This document shows positions 63,508 through 64,000 of a stretch of 64,000 nucleotides of DNA, piece by piece. Positions within the stretch are counted from its first letter, which is position 1, and each line of letters starts with the position of its first letter. This stretch comes from Eledone cirrhosa (taxonomy: Eukaryota). The position numbers and the translations under genes were made by a program. Under the pieces are notes generated by a model. It worked only from the letters and a program-made list of their open reading frames with translations. It ran no database searches and was not told where the DNA came from. The DNA lies in contig OZ024741.1 of assembly GCA_964016885.1 (NCBI GenBank), forward strand, positions 266,972,001-267,036,000. The letters are read 5' to 3'.

Positions 63508-64000
63508 ACTTCTCTCCCCGAGTAAGCAGCAAGTCACACAGCTACAAAACAAAACCAAACAAACCAAACCAAATTGACCGGTCATTTACATTTACATACA
63601 TCTATATTTTTATATATTTGAAACCACGTGTTTACCAACTTGTGAGTACATTTTCCTTTAACTACAAATTATTATATACTTTCGTCCTTTCATTAATTTC
63701 AAACAACCAAATAACCAGAATATATTTATATATATATACTCATATTTATATATACACTTCTCACTTACACACAAGAAAAACAAATATATTGAAATACTTA
63801 ACTAAAACACACACACACACACTCAATACTAGAATGGCTTACCAGCAAAAATCCAAACAGGACTGGTCTGATAATGAAATCGACATTCTAATAAACACAT
63901 GGCATTGCCTTACCCAAACAGAAGACATAGATGCTTCATGTCTGAACGACATTGCTAAACGTACAGTTCACCTTTTGAAAACCCGATCTGAACAACAGAT
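63508..64000 (+). mobile_element. Second copy of the CR1-group LINE: 5' UTR and start of ORF1 (ATG at 63834), running off the window
   Basis: Matches the reverse complement of 45825-46434. Translates as MAYQQKSKQDWSDNEIDILINTWHCLTQTEDIDAS. Confidence 0.9.

Overview
This is AT-rich eukaryotic (metazoan) repeat DNA with no recognisable host gene. The tRNA-derived SINE fragments resemble octopus SINEs, so a cephalopod host is likely (inference). About 40% of the window is (TA)n-type microsatellite, and many retroelements have inserted into it. These include at least 8 Penelope-like element (PLE) copies or fragments, six with RT and/or C-terminal GIY-YIG coding sequence, one of them full length with a single nonsense codon (56527-60970). 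There is also a 5'-truncated but uninterrupted RTE LINE, and a full-length CR1-group LINE with a second partial copy. The main hidden signal is about 35 type I hammerhead ribozyme (HHR) motifs from about 9 sequence families, read by eye. They sit at PLE 3' ends, in small palindromic insertions, in a 991-bp non-coding unit, and in every unit of a 467-bp tandem array (25733-30910) that folds back into a giant palindrome. The 467-bp unit looks like a retrozyme (circRNA-forming, non-autonomous retroelement). Its substitutions in the extended stem I preserve pairing as G.U wobbles. An independent copy starts at the predicted cleavage site and ends at the same 3' point as the array. The CR1-group LINE has a Myb/SANT-like plus CCCH ORF1 and an AUG-less ORF2 with in-frame -1 slippery sites. 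The long Ile/Tyr-rich ORFs are microsatellite artefacts. All RNA structures were folded by eye and none were computed or tested.
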